Shown here: positions 26,529-35,863 of the stretch, piece by piece
Layout of the letters: the number at the start of each line of letters is the position of its first letter
Numbering within the stretch: the stretch's first letter is position 1
Source: a virus
Direction: 5' to 3' (one strand)
Length of the DNA stretch: 64,000 nt
Virus record (IMG/VR): IMGVR_UViG_3300020172_005639
Location: 32,001-96,000 of that record
Made by a program: the position numbers and the translations under genes
The notes under the pieces: generated by a model
What the model saw: only the letters and a program-made list of their open reading frames with translations
Database searches by the model: none
Told to the model about the DNA's origin: nothing

Positions 26529-29273
26529 ATGAGCAAGGAATCGTTCGTAGCCATTTGCGAGGATGCGTTCAAGTCGAAGGGCTTGCAGAAAAACCCTAGG
26601 TTTGTCAAGCGCTTCCGCTGGGAGATCGATGAAATCCTCGGTAAGGAGGATCACCAGTACTTTCTTGACCTTGTTGAGAGCAAGACGCGCTACCCCATGA
26701 ACCAGAACAACCTTCTGGTCTGCTGGCTGCTGGGCATAGTTCCCGACTTCGACATAGAGAGAGAGCCTGCGAGCGTCTTCACGGGCGACTTGCCCGATAT
26801 CGATATTGACTACCTCCCTGAAATCAGGGAGTACCTCAAGAACAGGTGGTCGATCGAAAAATTTGGCTCAGAGCACGTCTGCAATATCGGCAGCTATACT
26901 ACGTTCGGAATCAAGTCGGCGCTGATCGACATGGCCAGGGTCCACGAGGCTCCCCGTGAGGAGGTCATGGCCATCACCAAGAACCTAGAGGACAAGGACG
27001 AGGACGGGAAACTGTTGACCTGGGACTCTGCAGTCCGCATCCACCCCGAGCTCAAGCAGTATGCTGAAAAGCATCCAGAGGTCGCTGAGGCTGCTAAGAA
27101 CTTGCTGAACAGGAACCGTGCGATGGGTGTCCATGCCGGTGGCCTTATCATATCGAGCATTCCGCTACACGACCTAGTTCCGTTGGTGAAAAGAAAGGAG
27201 GCACCGCAGGCTTCCGCTTGGGTTGAAGGTCTGCACGGGCAAGAGCTCCAGCCCGTCGGGCTGGTGAAGTTCGACCTTTTGGTGATCAGTAACCTACTCC
27301 AGATTGCCAGATGCTGCGACCTCGTCAAGAAGCGCCACGGATTGCAGGGGATTTGCGCAAGGCCAGAGGAGTCCGACTGGACAGACGTGCACGCTTGGCG
27401 AGACAACCCCAAGTCCCTCGCAATGGCGAACGAGGGCGACCTCAAGTGCATCTTCCAGTTCGACAGCGAAGGGATGCGCGCCCTCGTGAAGTCTGGCGGC
27501 GTGAACAGGTTCGAGGACATGGTGGCATACTCTGCTCTCTTTAGGCCAGGTTGCTTGGCCAGTGGCATGACGAAGCTTTACATTGAGCGCAAGCGGGGCA
27601 GGGACTCCTTTGAACTTCACCCGATCATGCAGCCCATACTCGAGAAGACTTACGGCATCATGGTCTACCAAGAACAGATCATGCAGATCCTCCATGTGGT
27701 CGGGGAAATTCCCCTCAAGGACTGCGAGGCAGTAAGGAAGGCAATCAGCAAGAAGAAGATCGAGCAGTTCATCAAGTACAAGGAGCAGTTCGTAATCAAT
27801 GGCCAGCGCAAGCTCTCGTCCAGCGAGAAAGAACTAGAGGCGCTGTGGAGCCAGATCGAGTCATGGGCCGGCTACGGCTTCAACGCGTCTCATGCCGTCG
27901 CATACACCTATATCTCTATGTGGCTCCTTTATCTGAAGTCCCACTACCCCTCGGAGTTCTACACGGCGATATTGAGCTGCGAAACGCTTAGTGACAAGAT
28001 CAAGGACGTGAAGATGGAGGCTCGCATCCACGGCGTCGAGATGCACAGGCTAGACGTGAACAAATCCTCGCCCAACTTCAGCCTTGTCAACGAGGTCATC
28101 TACTATGGCTTCCAGAACGTGAAGGGGATCGGAGAGGGCCCGGCGCAGAGGCTCGCAGCAAACGCGCCATACAAGTCCTTCGAGGACTTCGTTGTCAGGT
28201 TCGGAACGGACGCCGGAGTGCTCAAGCCCATAGTCGCGCTGCGCTGCTTCAGGGACTGCGACCCTGTCACTTTGTGGAAGTTTGCAGATCACTACAAGGA
28301 CAGACTTAAGAAGATAGAGGACAGGCGCAAAAGGTTTGAGTCTTCGCTCTTGGGATATGAGGAGGAGTTGCAGTCGCTGCTTCCTGGATTTCCCAAGAAG
28401 TTGTCTGATTTTAATGGCGAAAACCCGTTCGATCACAGGATTTTCAAGGAAAAGTTCGACATTGACCAGGAGATCCTGACCGTTAAGACAGTTCCCTGTG
28501 ATCTGGGGGAGGGAGAGGCTGTCGTTGAGAACGAGTTCGTGGACGTGCCTGACGGTGATGCCACGATAGAAAGGATCGTTAAGAAGCATTACAAAAAGAT
28601 AGAGGTCAAAAAGACTTTTAACAGGTGGAAGGAGCTCAAGAAGCTGTGGGTCAAGCGCCAGAAATCCATAGACAGGCAGAACGCGCTGGCAAATGACGAG
28701 ATGCCCAAGCTGGTTCACTTCAACCCAGAGGACCATCCAATCGACGGAGAGTTGCTGCGGGAGCTCCGCAACCCCGTAGCGTGCGAGGAGAAGTTCTACG
28801 GGTTTGCTTGGATTCATGAGCTGGAGCGAAGTCCAGACTATACGGGCAACAAAACTTTCTCCGACTGCAAAAACGTTGCCGAAGGCGCAGCCTACCCCGT
28901 GGAGATGAAGGTCAAGAAGACGGTGGAAGCCAAGAGCCGCAAGGGTCATTCCTACCGTCAGGTCATAGCAGAGGACGCCACCGGGGCAGAGGCGAAGATC
29001 AATGTTTGGTCTGATGACTGGTCTCGCTGGCAGTCAGAATTAAAGGTGGCTAACTTACTTAGAGTAAGGCTGCAACCGCCCTCTGGCGGCTTCAATACCT
29101 ACACTCTGGAGTCCAACCAGCAGGGCAAGTTCCGTGGAAGGCTCCGGTACAGGGACAAGGACGATGATCCGAGAATCTTCGTCATGAAGCCGGGCGTCAA
29201 GGAAGACGAAAAGTTCATGACTGACGAGGAAGTCCTTGCGCAGTTCGAGAAATGCAACGTGGAAAACCCATGA
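26529..29273 (+). CDS. dnaE: DNA polymerase III alpha, C-terminal part (catalytic palm, thumb, fingers, HhH, OB)
   Basis: DLPDIDID, GVHAGG, LVKFDLL, IFQF, ALFRPG, TYGIMVYQEQ, YGFNASHA.AY, KGIG; own GGAG SD. Confidence 0.93.
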   Translation: MSKESFVAICEDAFKSKGLQKNPRFVKRFRWEIDEILGKEDHQYFLDLVESKTRYPMNQNNLLVCWLLGIVPDFDIEREPASVFTGDLPDIDIDYLPEIREYLKNRWSIEKFGSEHVCNIGSYTTFGIKSALIDMARVHEAPREEVMAITKNLEDKDEDGKLLTWDSAVRIHPELKQYAEKHPEVAEAAKNLLNRNRAMGVHAGGLIISSIPLHDLVPLVKRKEAPQASAWVEGLHGQELQPVGLVKFDLLVISNLLQIARCCDLVKKRHGLQGICARPEESDWTDVHAWRDNPKSLAMANEGDLKCIFQFDSEGMRALVKSGGVNRFEDMVAYSALFRPGCLASGMTKLYIERKRGRDSFELHPIMQPILEKTYGIMVYQEQIMQILHVVGEIPLKDCEAVRKAISKKKIEQFIKYKEQFVINGQRKLSSSEKELEALWSQIESWAGYGFNASHAVAYTYISMWLLYLKSHYPSEFYTAILSCETLSDKIKDVKMEARIHGVEMHRLDVNKSSPNFSLVNEVIYYGFQNVKGIGEGPAQRLAANAPYKSFEDFVVRFGTDAGVLKPIVALRCFRDCDPVTLWKFADHYKDRLKKIEDRRKRFESSLLGYEEELQSLLPGFPKKLSDFNGENPFDHRIFKEKFDIDQEILTVKTVPCDLGEGEAVVENEFVDVPDGDATIERIVKKHYKKIEVKKTFNRWKELKKLWVKRQKSIDRQNALANDEMPKLVHFNPEDHPIDGELLRELRNPVACEEKFYGFAWIHELERSPDYTGNKTFSDCKNVAEGAAYPVEMKVKKTVEAKSRKGHSYRQVIAEDATGAEAKINVWSDDWSRWQSELKVANLLRVRLQPPSGGFNTYTLESNQQGKFRGRLRYRDKDDDPRIFVMKPGVKEDEKFMTDEEVLAQFEKCNVENP

Positions 29274-29773
29274 CTGAAGAACTCCATATCGACGAAAGCA
29301 ACTTTAATGACTACTTCAGGGATTGCCGGATAAGCAAGCCGGAACGTGGCGACGTGATGGCCTGTTACACGGCCGTAGCAGAGTTTGTCGATGGCCACAT
29401 GAAAAAGGACATCATTGATCTCCTCGCCAACAATGAAAAGGCAGTGGCGGCAACCAACGTCATGCGGAAGCTAGGCTGTGCAACACAGCGCGACGCCTTT
29501 CGAGTCTGCCGTGAGATCGCTGAAGACCTCGACTCCGGGCTTTCTGCCGAGGAGGTTGAGAAGAAGAGCTATAGGTATCAGTTTGAAATGTTCTTCTACA
29601 CGAAAAAAGAGTACGTTCCGATCGACGATCTGCACTGGTCCATCATCAATATCGCCAACCTAGATGCCTTCCTTGACAACCAAAATAGGAAGGTGACCAT
29701 CTCCAGCAAAATCATAGACCCTTCCACTCCTGTTGAAGACAAGATGGAAGAGCCAGTTTCGGTGGCGGAATGA
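29270..29773 (+). CDS. Hypothetical protein
   Basis: ATGA overlap with dnaE-C stop. Confidence 0.7.
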   Translation: MTEELHIDESNFNDYFRDCRISKPERGDVMACYTAVAEFVDGHMKKDIIDLLANNEKAVAATNVMRKLGCATQRDAFRVCREIAEDLDSGLSAEEVEKKSYRYQFEMFFYTKKEYVPIDDLHWSIINIANLDAFLDNQNRKVTISSKIIDPSTPVEDKMEEPVSVAE

Positions 29774-29777
29774 TGAG

Positions 29778-30332
29778 ATGCGTTCAGAAAATTTCGTCCT
29801 TATAGACAATCTACGAGTGGCGAAGCCAGGCTGCTTCGCAAGGTGCAGGGCTTACGAAAACGAACGCTACAGAATCGATCACTGGTTCTATTGTCGCGAC
29901 ATTTTTCACCACGTGCTGTCCAAGTTGGACATATTTTTCTTCAGCCACAAGATCGGCCAGTCCAGAGGTATTATAGCCTTCATGCTCAAAGCAGAGGAGA
30001 TGCTGTGCGTCTCCCCGAGGTCCGATTATGGCCTTACCCAGCGGAAGACCGTGATGTGGGTAAGGCCAAGTAGTTGGTGGATTAGGCATGCCATGAGGCG
30101 CTCCTTATTCACAATTCTTCTGCGCGCCAGTCTTGAGTATGACGCCAAGATAGAGAACTTCAAGGAAACGCTTTTAAAGGACAAGTACCTTTGCGAAACC
30201 ATTTATGCGGTAGAGAGGTTTTTTTCAGGACATACGAGGTATGTCGGCAGAAAGCGTGGCTGGCACAAGCAATTCTTCCTGTGCAATCCTTCCAAACAGG
30301 AAATCGATAGGCTTTTGGCGATTCCAAAGTGA
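29778..30332 (+). CDS. Hypothetical protein, paralog of 56243..56905
   Basis: Shared RRSLFT.L.R and GW...F motifs. Confidence 0.7.
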   Translation: MRSENFVLIDNLRVAKPGCFARCRAYENERYRIDHWFYCRDIFHHVLSKLDIFFFSHKIGQSRGIIAFMLKAEEMLCVSPRSDYGLTQRKTVMWVRPSSWWIRHAMRRSLFTILLRASLEYDAKIENFKETLLKDKYLCETIYAVERFFSGHTRYVGRKRGWHKQFFLCNPSKQEIDRLLAIPK

Positions 30333-30341
30333 GGTTAAAAA

Positions 30342-30971
30342 ATGGACAGAATAGAAATAATCAATCGGCTCATATCGGAATTCTGCCTCGACAGGTATCT
30401 GGAAATCGGCGTCTGGAGGGGCGACTGCTATTTAAGAGTCACATGTAAAGAGAAGGTTGGAGTGGATCTATTCCCAATCTATCAAGATGGCGTGCACGCC
30501 ATGACAAGCGACGAATTCTTCAGGACTTACCAAGGCCCCAAGTTCGATCTGGTTTTCATAGATGGCAACCATGAATCAGAGCAGGCATACCGAGACATCA
30601 GGAATGCTTTGGGAAGCCTCAGCGACCATGGTTTCGTGGTTTGCCACGACTGCTGCCCTCTCTCCGAGATCGAGCAGCGCGTCCCACGAGAGCAGGATCT
30701 CTGGACTGGAGACGTTTGGAAGGCCATACATTCTTTGCGAGTCGACAGGGATGACGTGAGTGCAACAACGTTCGACTGTGATTATGGCTGCTGTGTCATC
30801 TCAAAGTTCCCTTCAGTCGCTTATCGTCCACCGACCAAATCCATTGACTGGTCATACTATCAAAGCTATAGCAAGGATTTCTTGAACCTCAAGCCTGCAT
30901 CCTATTTTGAGCAGTTTATTTTGAATCTCAAAGATGCAATCGCAAAAAACCTACAGAACAGAGATATATAA
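30342..30971 (+). CDS. Class I SAM methyltransferase (Methyltransf_24-like)
   Basis: YLEIGV, MTSDEFF, FDLVFIDGNH, HDC, WTGDVWKA. Confidence 0.85.
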   Translation: MDRIEIINRLISEFCLDRYLEIGVWRGDCYLRVTCKEKVGVDLFPIYQDGVHAMTSDEFFRTYQGPKFDLVFIDGNHESEQAYRDIRNALGSLSDHGFVVCHDCCPLSEIEQRVPREQDLWTGDVWKAIHSLRVDRDDVSATTFDCDYGCCVISKFPSVAYRPPTKSIDWSYYQSYSKDFLNLKPASYFEQFILNLKDAIAKNLQNRDI

Positions 30972-30974
30972 ATA
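30967..30974 (+). promoter_or_regulatory. T4-type late promoter TATAAATA
   Basis: Exact match upstream of the 31002 ORF. Confidence 0.6.
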
Positions 30975-31001
30975 TTAGCCTTCACATAGACAAGGATCGA
31001 C

Positions 31002-31796
31002 ATGAACAGCATGATGGATGACATCAACAAATTCGCTAAGATCTGGGACAAGGCCGTGGAGAGCGGCGTCTTCGGCGATGCGAAGCCGAAAGAGGAACCC
31101 GCCCAGACCCAAGACGATCATGGGGAGGACTTCTTCGGCAACTTTAACAGCAACGAGTACGATATTGATCGCCCGATCAACGAGTGCGATTCCAAGTATT
31201 GGAAGGAGCTTGCCAAATCTGCCAAGGAACGAGCTCCCTATTCATTTGATCTCACAGAAGATAAGGAAATCTCCAAGCCTGCGGCCAAGGAAATGGCCAA
31301 GCGTCTGGGTAGCACCTTCAATCCCGTGTACCCAAACACGATGGGCAAGGATCAAGACCTTGGTACACCCGTCAAGGTAACGCAGAACTGGGGCGTGGGC
31401 GGCAAGGAGTTGAACGACCTTGAGGATCTCAAGAAGAGGCTCTACGACTTGGAGGTCAAGCTTAGCTCTGCAGGCATCATCAAGGTCGAAAAGAAGAAGG
31501 ACAAGGACGAGAGCACCCTCCTGAAGTCCATGGCCGATCTTAAGAAGCAGATCGACGATCTCAGCGACAAGCTTAACGGAAACAGGACGGACGAAGCGAC
31601 TTACAGCGGCGACCCGAAGAGGATCAAGGCGAAGTACTCTGGCATAGACGCGAACGGCAAGCCCTTTAAGGCTGGCGACATGGTCACCTACTTCTCTAGG
31701 ACGAAGAGCATATTCTCGGGACAAGAGGGTGAGAAGGAGTATCGCGACTTCCTTTCTGCAAAAGGTGACGAGGAAGGAATGCCCTATGCTAGCTAG
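31002..31796 (+). CDS. Hypothetical charged coiled-coil protein (probable late/virion)
   Basis: Late box and AAGGA SD; repeated LxE sites. Confidence 0.7.
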   Translation: MNSMMDDINKFAKIWDKAVESGVFGDAKPKEEPAQTQDDHGEDFFGNFNSNEYDIDRPINECDSKYWKELAKSAKERAPYSFDLTEDKEISKPAAKEMAKRLGSTFNPVYPNTMGKDQDLGTPVKVTQNWGVGGKELNDLEDLKKRLYDLEVKLSSAGIIKVEKKKDKDESTLLKSMADLKKQIDDLSDKLNGNRTDEATYSGDPKRIKAKYSGIDANGKPFKAGDMVTYFSRTKSIFSGQEGEKEYRDFLSAKGDEEGMPYAS

Positions 31797-31810
31797 GGCG
31801 AGAGGTAAAC

Positions 31811-31993
31811 ATGACAGAGTATGACATCAATTATGTAAAGTTTCTCAGCGGAATGATCAGCGAGGAAGCTTACTACGAGCTCCAAGAGGCAGAAGGAAAT
31901 CTCCAGCTTTTGGATAAGTCTAAAAAGGCCTTCAAGATTCTGCCGGGCGACCTTGACGACATCGATCCCGTCAGCAAGCCTCACAAGAATTAG
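31811..31993 (+). CDS. Small protein sharing an N-terminal motif with 62001..63083
   Basis: YDINY..FLSGMISE; GAGG SD. Confidence 0.65.
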   Translation: MTEYDINYVKFLSGMISEEAYYELQEAEGNLQLLDKSKKAFKILPGDLDDIDPVSKPHKN

Positions 31994-32021
31994 TCGCAAG
32001 ACATATCGGCGAGGTTTTTTG

Positions 32022-32056
32022 CTCCGACGGATGGTAGAATTGACCATCCGTCGGAG
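32022..32056 (+). promoter_or_regulatory. 14-bp hairpin containing an extended -10 box and the SD of the next gene
   Basis: CTCCGACGGATGGT-AGAATTG-ACCATCCGTCGGAG; TGGTAGAAT at 32032-32040. Confidence 0.65.
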
Positions 32057-32064
32057 TTTCAATT

Positions 32065-32601
32065 ATGTCATCCGTTTGGCGCGCACCAGGTGATGTCCTC
32101 GACTTGCTTCTTTCCATAAAATCGAGGCACCACTCTCCTCGCCTAGATTTTTGCACGGTTGCAGTTTGCTTTGACGAAAGCAAGCCGTTCCTTAAAAATA
32201 AAATCAACCTTGGCAAGCTCACTAAGTTCTCAAACCTGGTTAGGCTTTACCAACGGGAGAAGTACGACTTCTGCCTGACAATTCCTTCCGAGGTTTGGGG
32301 CTCAATACTTTGCGACCAGAGTCAAAAGGAGGCCTACATCGACCTACAACTGACCCGCTGCGATATTGAATACATGCCTGAAGAGATTGAGGAAAACAAC
32401 AAGAAGAAGAAGGTCGTGGACGAGTTTGGCCGGGTAAAGTACACCAACCAGCCCAAACTAGACGCAGCTGGCGAGTTGAAGTGGAAAGTGCAGCCGTTGG
32501 ACCTTGAGGTTTTCACCCAGAACGTGCGCCGCTATGGCGTCTGGCTGGTTGATCTGGGTGCTTTGCGGGACGCCATCGAAGAATCCTCTCAAGACAATTG
32601 A
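32065..32601 (+). CDS. Putative phage metallopeptidase-like protein, HEXXH lost
   Basis: YDF.L.I...W, AYIDLQLTRC, DLEVF..NVRRYG.W. Confidence 0.6.
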   Translation: MSSVWRAPGDVLDLLLSIKSRHHSPRLDFCTVAVCFDESKPFLKNKINLGKLTKFSNLVRLYQREKYDFCLTIPSEVWGSILCDQSQKEAYIDLQLTRCDIEYMPEEIEENNKKKKVVDEFGRVKYTNQPKLDAAGELKWKVQPLDLEVFTQNVRRYGVWLVDLGALRDAIEESSQDN

Positions 32602-32630
32602 TTCCCTAGATAAATAAATCGGGGGATTAT

Positions 32631-33062
32631 ATGTCGCGATCCAAAGCATTCGAAATCATTCTTCTAGGTTTGTGGCTTCTCATAGTCGCCACCCTGGTAT
32701 TCAGGTACTTCAAACCTAGGCAAGAGATTTATGTGCCTAAGGATATAGCGGAGAAGGAGTCGCAGCCGCTTCCTACAAGTAAGAGCCTACCGATTAAGCG
32801 GATTGTCCAGGTCGATAGCGACACCTTTGATATCACCTTGCGCAAGGGCGACCGCAGGCTGATACTTGATCTTCCAAATACTGTTGCAGCCGAAGCTAAG
32901 TCCAAAACCACCCAGCTCCTGAACAACATCGTTAACCCTAGGTGCATACTGCAAAGCAGAAGGGACGACGGGAGTTGGGTAGGGACACTAATTTATTCGC
33001 TGGATGGCAAAGACCAGGACATCATGGATTGGCTTAAAAATGGCAAATTTGTTTATGAGTGA
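32631..33062 (+). CDS. Membrane-anchored protein with SNase/OB-like domain
   Basis: N-terminal TM; VDSDTF and WLKNG resemble thermonuclease; TAAATA box upstream. Confidence 0.5.
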   Translation: MSRSKAFEIILLGLWLLIVATLVFRYFKPRQEIYVPKDIAEKESQPLPTSKSLPIKRIVQVDSDTFDITLRKGDRRLILDLPNTVAAEAKSKTTQLLNNIVNPRCILQSRRDDGSWVGTLIYSLDGKDQDIMDWLKNGKFVYE

Positions 33063-33074
33063 CTCCAGTATGAC

Positions 33075-33266
33075 ATGGAGCAGAAATTCATAATCCGTTG
33101 CCTCAAATGCAGATGGGCCAAGCTCACGACGGGCATTAGTTCAGATCTCGCCGATCTTACGGAAATCCCTTCAAACTGCAGCAATTGCGGCAAGCCGAGA
33201 GAGTTTCGCTGCCCAAGGTGCGGTCGCGTCGCCAAAATGACACGGATCAAGGTGCCACCCTCATGA
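33075..33266 (+). CDS. Small zinc-ribbon protein
   Basis: Three CxxC pairs. Confidence 0.65.
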   Translation: MEQKFIIRCLKCRWAKLTTGISSDLADLTEIPSNCSNCGKPREFRCPRCGRVAKMTRIKVPPS

Positions 33267-34435
33267 AATTCTTTTCCCACTGCAAGCGCAGCATGGGCAA
33301 TGGTCTTCTTATGGTCAAGGAGAAACTCTTTGAGACCGTGAGGTTTACCGTTTTCAAGTTCAACAACCGTCCGATCCCGAAGGACAAGAGAAGGATTCTG
33401 ATCATCGGTTGCTTCAGCGAGTTCGGGTGTGAGTCCATCGGTCTCCACTATTGCATACCCAAGCTCATATCGCACAATCCAGCAGCCTATGTGGTCGCTG
33501 TCGGTTGGTATGGCAGGGAATACCTTTACAGGCACCTTGTAGACGAGTACTGGGAGATCGAGGAGTCCGCCATGTTTCTGCGCGAGTACTCGAATGCGTT
33601 TGCCAGCACATCAAAGAACATAAAGAGGATTGAGCGCGCCCTTGAGCAGCATGGAGTAGTGTTTAAGACAGACAGAATGGGCCAGATGTGCGTCGGGAAT
33701 AAGTGTAATGTCTGCAAGACTTTCTGGGGAGGCGAAGATCCCAACGAGCGGTGCCCGAAATGCTATGGAGCCAACATAGAGAGGAGCCTTCTCGCAGATG
33801 TCGGTTACTACAAGACGCAAGCGGTCCCGATACCTCGCCCTTCTCCATCGATTGTAGAGAGAGCCAAGTCCATGCTGGGCAGAAACCCAGTGGGCATTTT
33901 TGCGCGTGGCCGTGCTGCATATGGGCGCAACCTGCCCTCCTCTTTCTACGAGCGCCTGATCTCACTTCTGGAAAGCATGGGTTACAATCCGATATGGCTG
34001 GGCGAGAAGCAGAGCGTTTTGCCGTGCCCATGCCCCCGCATAACAGACTTCAGCAGAATGCCCGAGTCGCGTGAACTTGAGCTCACTCTGGGGATCATAT
34101 CGCAACTGAAGTTCACCATCCAGTTCTGGACTGCATCAACTAGGTTCGCCTCAATGATGGGAACGCCATGGATTCTTTTTGAGACCCCCGACCAGATCGT
34201 GGGTAACGGGCAGGAGGGCAAGAGGATAGCTCTCACTACTGACTTGGACAAGAAGAAGCTTGTGCTGTCGCAGTTCATGAGCGCACTAGAAGACCAAGAC
34301 GGGACTCTCTCTCTCGTTCGCAGAGCGGTGGAGGAGCTAGTTGACGGCAACTGGAAGGATGTCCTAGGCCAAGTTGATAATCCCTCCGGGGTCGATGACA
34401 TGCTCAAGAAGCAAGAAAAGTGGAGGGTGGCGTGA
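33263..34435 (+). CDS. GT9-like glycosyltransferase with zinc-ribbon insert
   Basis: SEFG, LVDEYW, RNLP..FY..LI, WTASTRFASMMGTP; CNVC/CPKC insert. Confidence 0.6.
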   Translation: MKFFSHCKRSMGNGLLMVKEKLFETVRFTVFKFNNRPIPKDKRRILIIGCFSEFGCESIGLHYCIPKLISHNPAAYVVAVGWYGREYLYRHLVDEYWEIEESAMFLREYSNAFASTSKNIKRIERALEQHGVVFKTDRMGQMCVGNKCNVCKTFWGGEDPNERCPKCYGANIERSLLADVGYYKTQAVPIPRPSPSIVERAKSMLGRNPVGIFARGRAAYGRNLPSSFYERLISLLESMGYNPIWLGEKQSVLPCPCPRITDFSRMPESRELELTLGIISQLKFTIQFWTASTRFASMMGTPWILFETPDQIVGNGQEGKRIALTTDLDKKKLVLSQFMSALEDQDGTLSLVRRAVEELVDGNWKDVLGQVDNPSGVDDMLKKQEKWRVA

Positions 34436-35577
34436 TCTCCGTACCTGATTTCCTGAAAAGGGCCGCAGACAGGAACGGCTTCGTGCGGGAGCGCTTCTCC
34501 GATGCAAACGCGCCGACTGACTTCACAAGCATCTGCATCATGCCTTTCTTCGGGGACTCCAGAGGCAGCGCCATACTATCAAGTCTACTTCTCAACAGGT
34601 ACAGGTCGGAGGTCAGAGGTTCCAAGTATTTCATTCTGGCCTCTTGGCCTGGGATGCAGGGGCTTTTCCCCTACGTCGACGAATACTGGGCTTTCAATGA
34701 TCAGGCAGTCATCAAGCGCTTCTACGAGGGGGCGGATGAGCTCCGAAACACCTCCGACCTAACCCCCACCTTCTTGAGAAACCTAAATGAGTTCTTCAGG
34801 GAGGTCATTGACGCCAAGGATCTCCAGAAGTATTACAGGAACGGGCTGACTAATGCGTTCTTCGAGAGGTTTACCGACACAAAGAGGTTCCTTCCATTCA
34901 TCCCCAGCCTCTCGATACTGGGCAAGGAGTTCAACCGTGACTTCATGACGAAGTCTGGCTACAAGGTCTTCATCCACCCATCGATATTCTGCAAGTTCTG
35001 GCAGTACGGGACGAGCAATAACCTGAGGACGAAGAGGGAGTTCTGGGTTGAACTCTGCAAGCACCTGCACTCCGAGGGAATGACGCCAGTGGTCTGGCAG
35101 AATTTCAACGCTTGGGACATCGCTGAGGATGTGAAAGAGTATGCAGTCGTTTATCGCGACAACGACATGATTAGGGCGCTCTGCTTAATGAGGTCGTGCT
35201 CAGTCGTTTTGGACTGCTTCAACGGCCTCGGTAGATTTGGGCTTATCGCTCGCACTCCGATTCTGGCGTTGGACGAGGGCTCCAGGTATACCTACACCAG
35301 AGAGCGGGAGATAGACGATTTGCTCGGAGGCAAGAGCACTCCTCGACAATATATTTTCACTTTTTGCACTATTTTAACAGACGGCAGCCCTGAGTTCTGG
35401 AAGAGCGACATCTTCAGGAACATATCGGGAAAGCTGGATTACATGTTGCCAGCCATAGACAGGGATTTGTTGGCTTCAACTTCAGAGTCACAGGAGTTAG
35501 TGCCATACGCTGACGCCGTGCACCTTAAGAAGCGAAAACGGCTCGGCACAAGGTTCATCAAGATCGAACACGATTGA
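34420..35577 (+). CDS. GT9-like protein, diverged tandem paralog of upstream gene
   Basis: FFGD, WPG..LFPYVDEYW, REFWVEL, VLDCFNG. Confidence 0.55.
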   Translation: MEGGVISVPDFLKRAADRNGFVRERFSDANAPTDFTSICIMPFFGDSRGSAILSSLLLNRYRSEVRGSKYFILASWPGMQGLFPYVDEYWAFNDQAVIKRFYEGADELRNTSDLTPTFLRNLNEFFREVIDAKDLQKYYRNGLTNAFFERFTDTKRFLPFIPSLSILGKEFNRDFMTKSGYKVFIHPSIFCKFWQYGTSNNLRTKREFWVELCKHLHSEGMTPVVWQNFNAWDIAEDVKEYAVVYRDNDMIRALCLMRSCSVVLDCFNGLGRFGLIARTPILALDEGSRYTYTREREIDDLLGGKSTPRQYIFTFCTILTDGSPEFWKSDIFRNISGKLDYMLPAIDRDLLASTSESQELVPYADAVHLKKRKRLGTRFIKIEHD

Positions 35578-35586
35578 GGATTTAAA

Positions 35587-35862
35587 ATGGCATGCAGAGT
35601 TGAGGTGAGGGATCTCCCTTCCAATCCCACATGGTACGAGCGTGAGATTGCTTTCAAGAAAATGTTCGCAGCCTTTAACAAAAAGGTCGCCGAAGCAGGC
35701 ATCAGGCAGGCGCTGAAGGAGCGGGAGTATTACGAGAGCCCCGGACAATCAAGGAGGCGCAAGCGGCGCGAGTCCGAGAACCAGCGACTGAAAGAAAAGC
35801 TGCGCGAGAACTTCCCCCAGAAGAGGAAGCCCAAGAAGAACGACAAGAAGAAGGACAAGTAG
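35587..35862 (+). CDS. rpsU: 30S ribosomal protein bS21
   Basis: FNKKV.EAGI...LKEREYYESPGQSRRRKRRE. Confidence 0.85.
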   Translation: MACRVEVRDLPSNPTWYEREIAFKKMFAAFNKKVAEAGIRQALKEREYYESPGQSRRRKRRESENQRLKEKLRENFPQKRKPKKNDKKKDK

Positions 35863-35863
35863 G

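Noticed and set aside
19000-26800. Split intein or group I/II intron between the dnaE halves
   Set aside because: No intein terminal motifs or intron core were seen; the gap holds ordinary genes on both strands, and the C half has its own SD and ATG.
12005-28949. Long antisense ORFs (e.g. 12005-12655, 14903-15589, 17030-17845, 28050-28949)
   Set aside because: They mirror well-supported + strand genes, which is expected from codon bias; they show no motifs.
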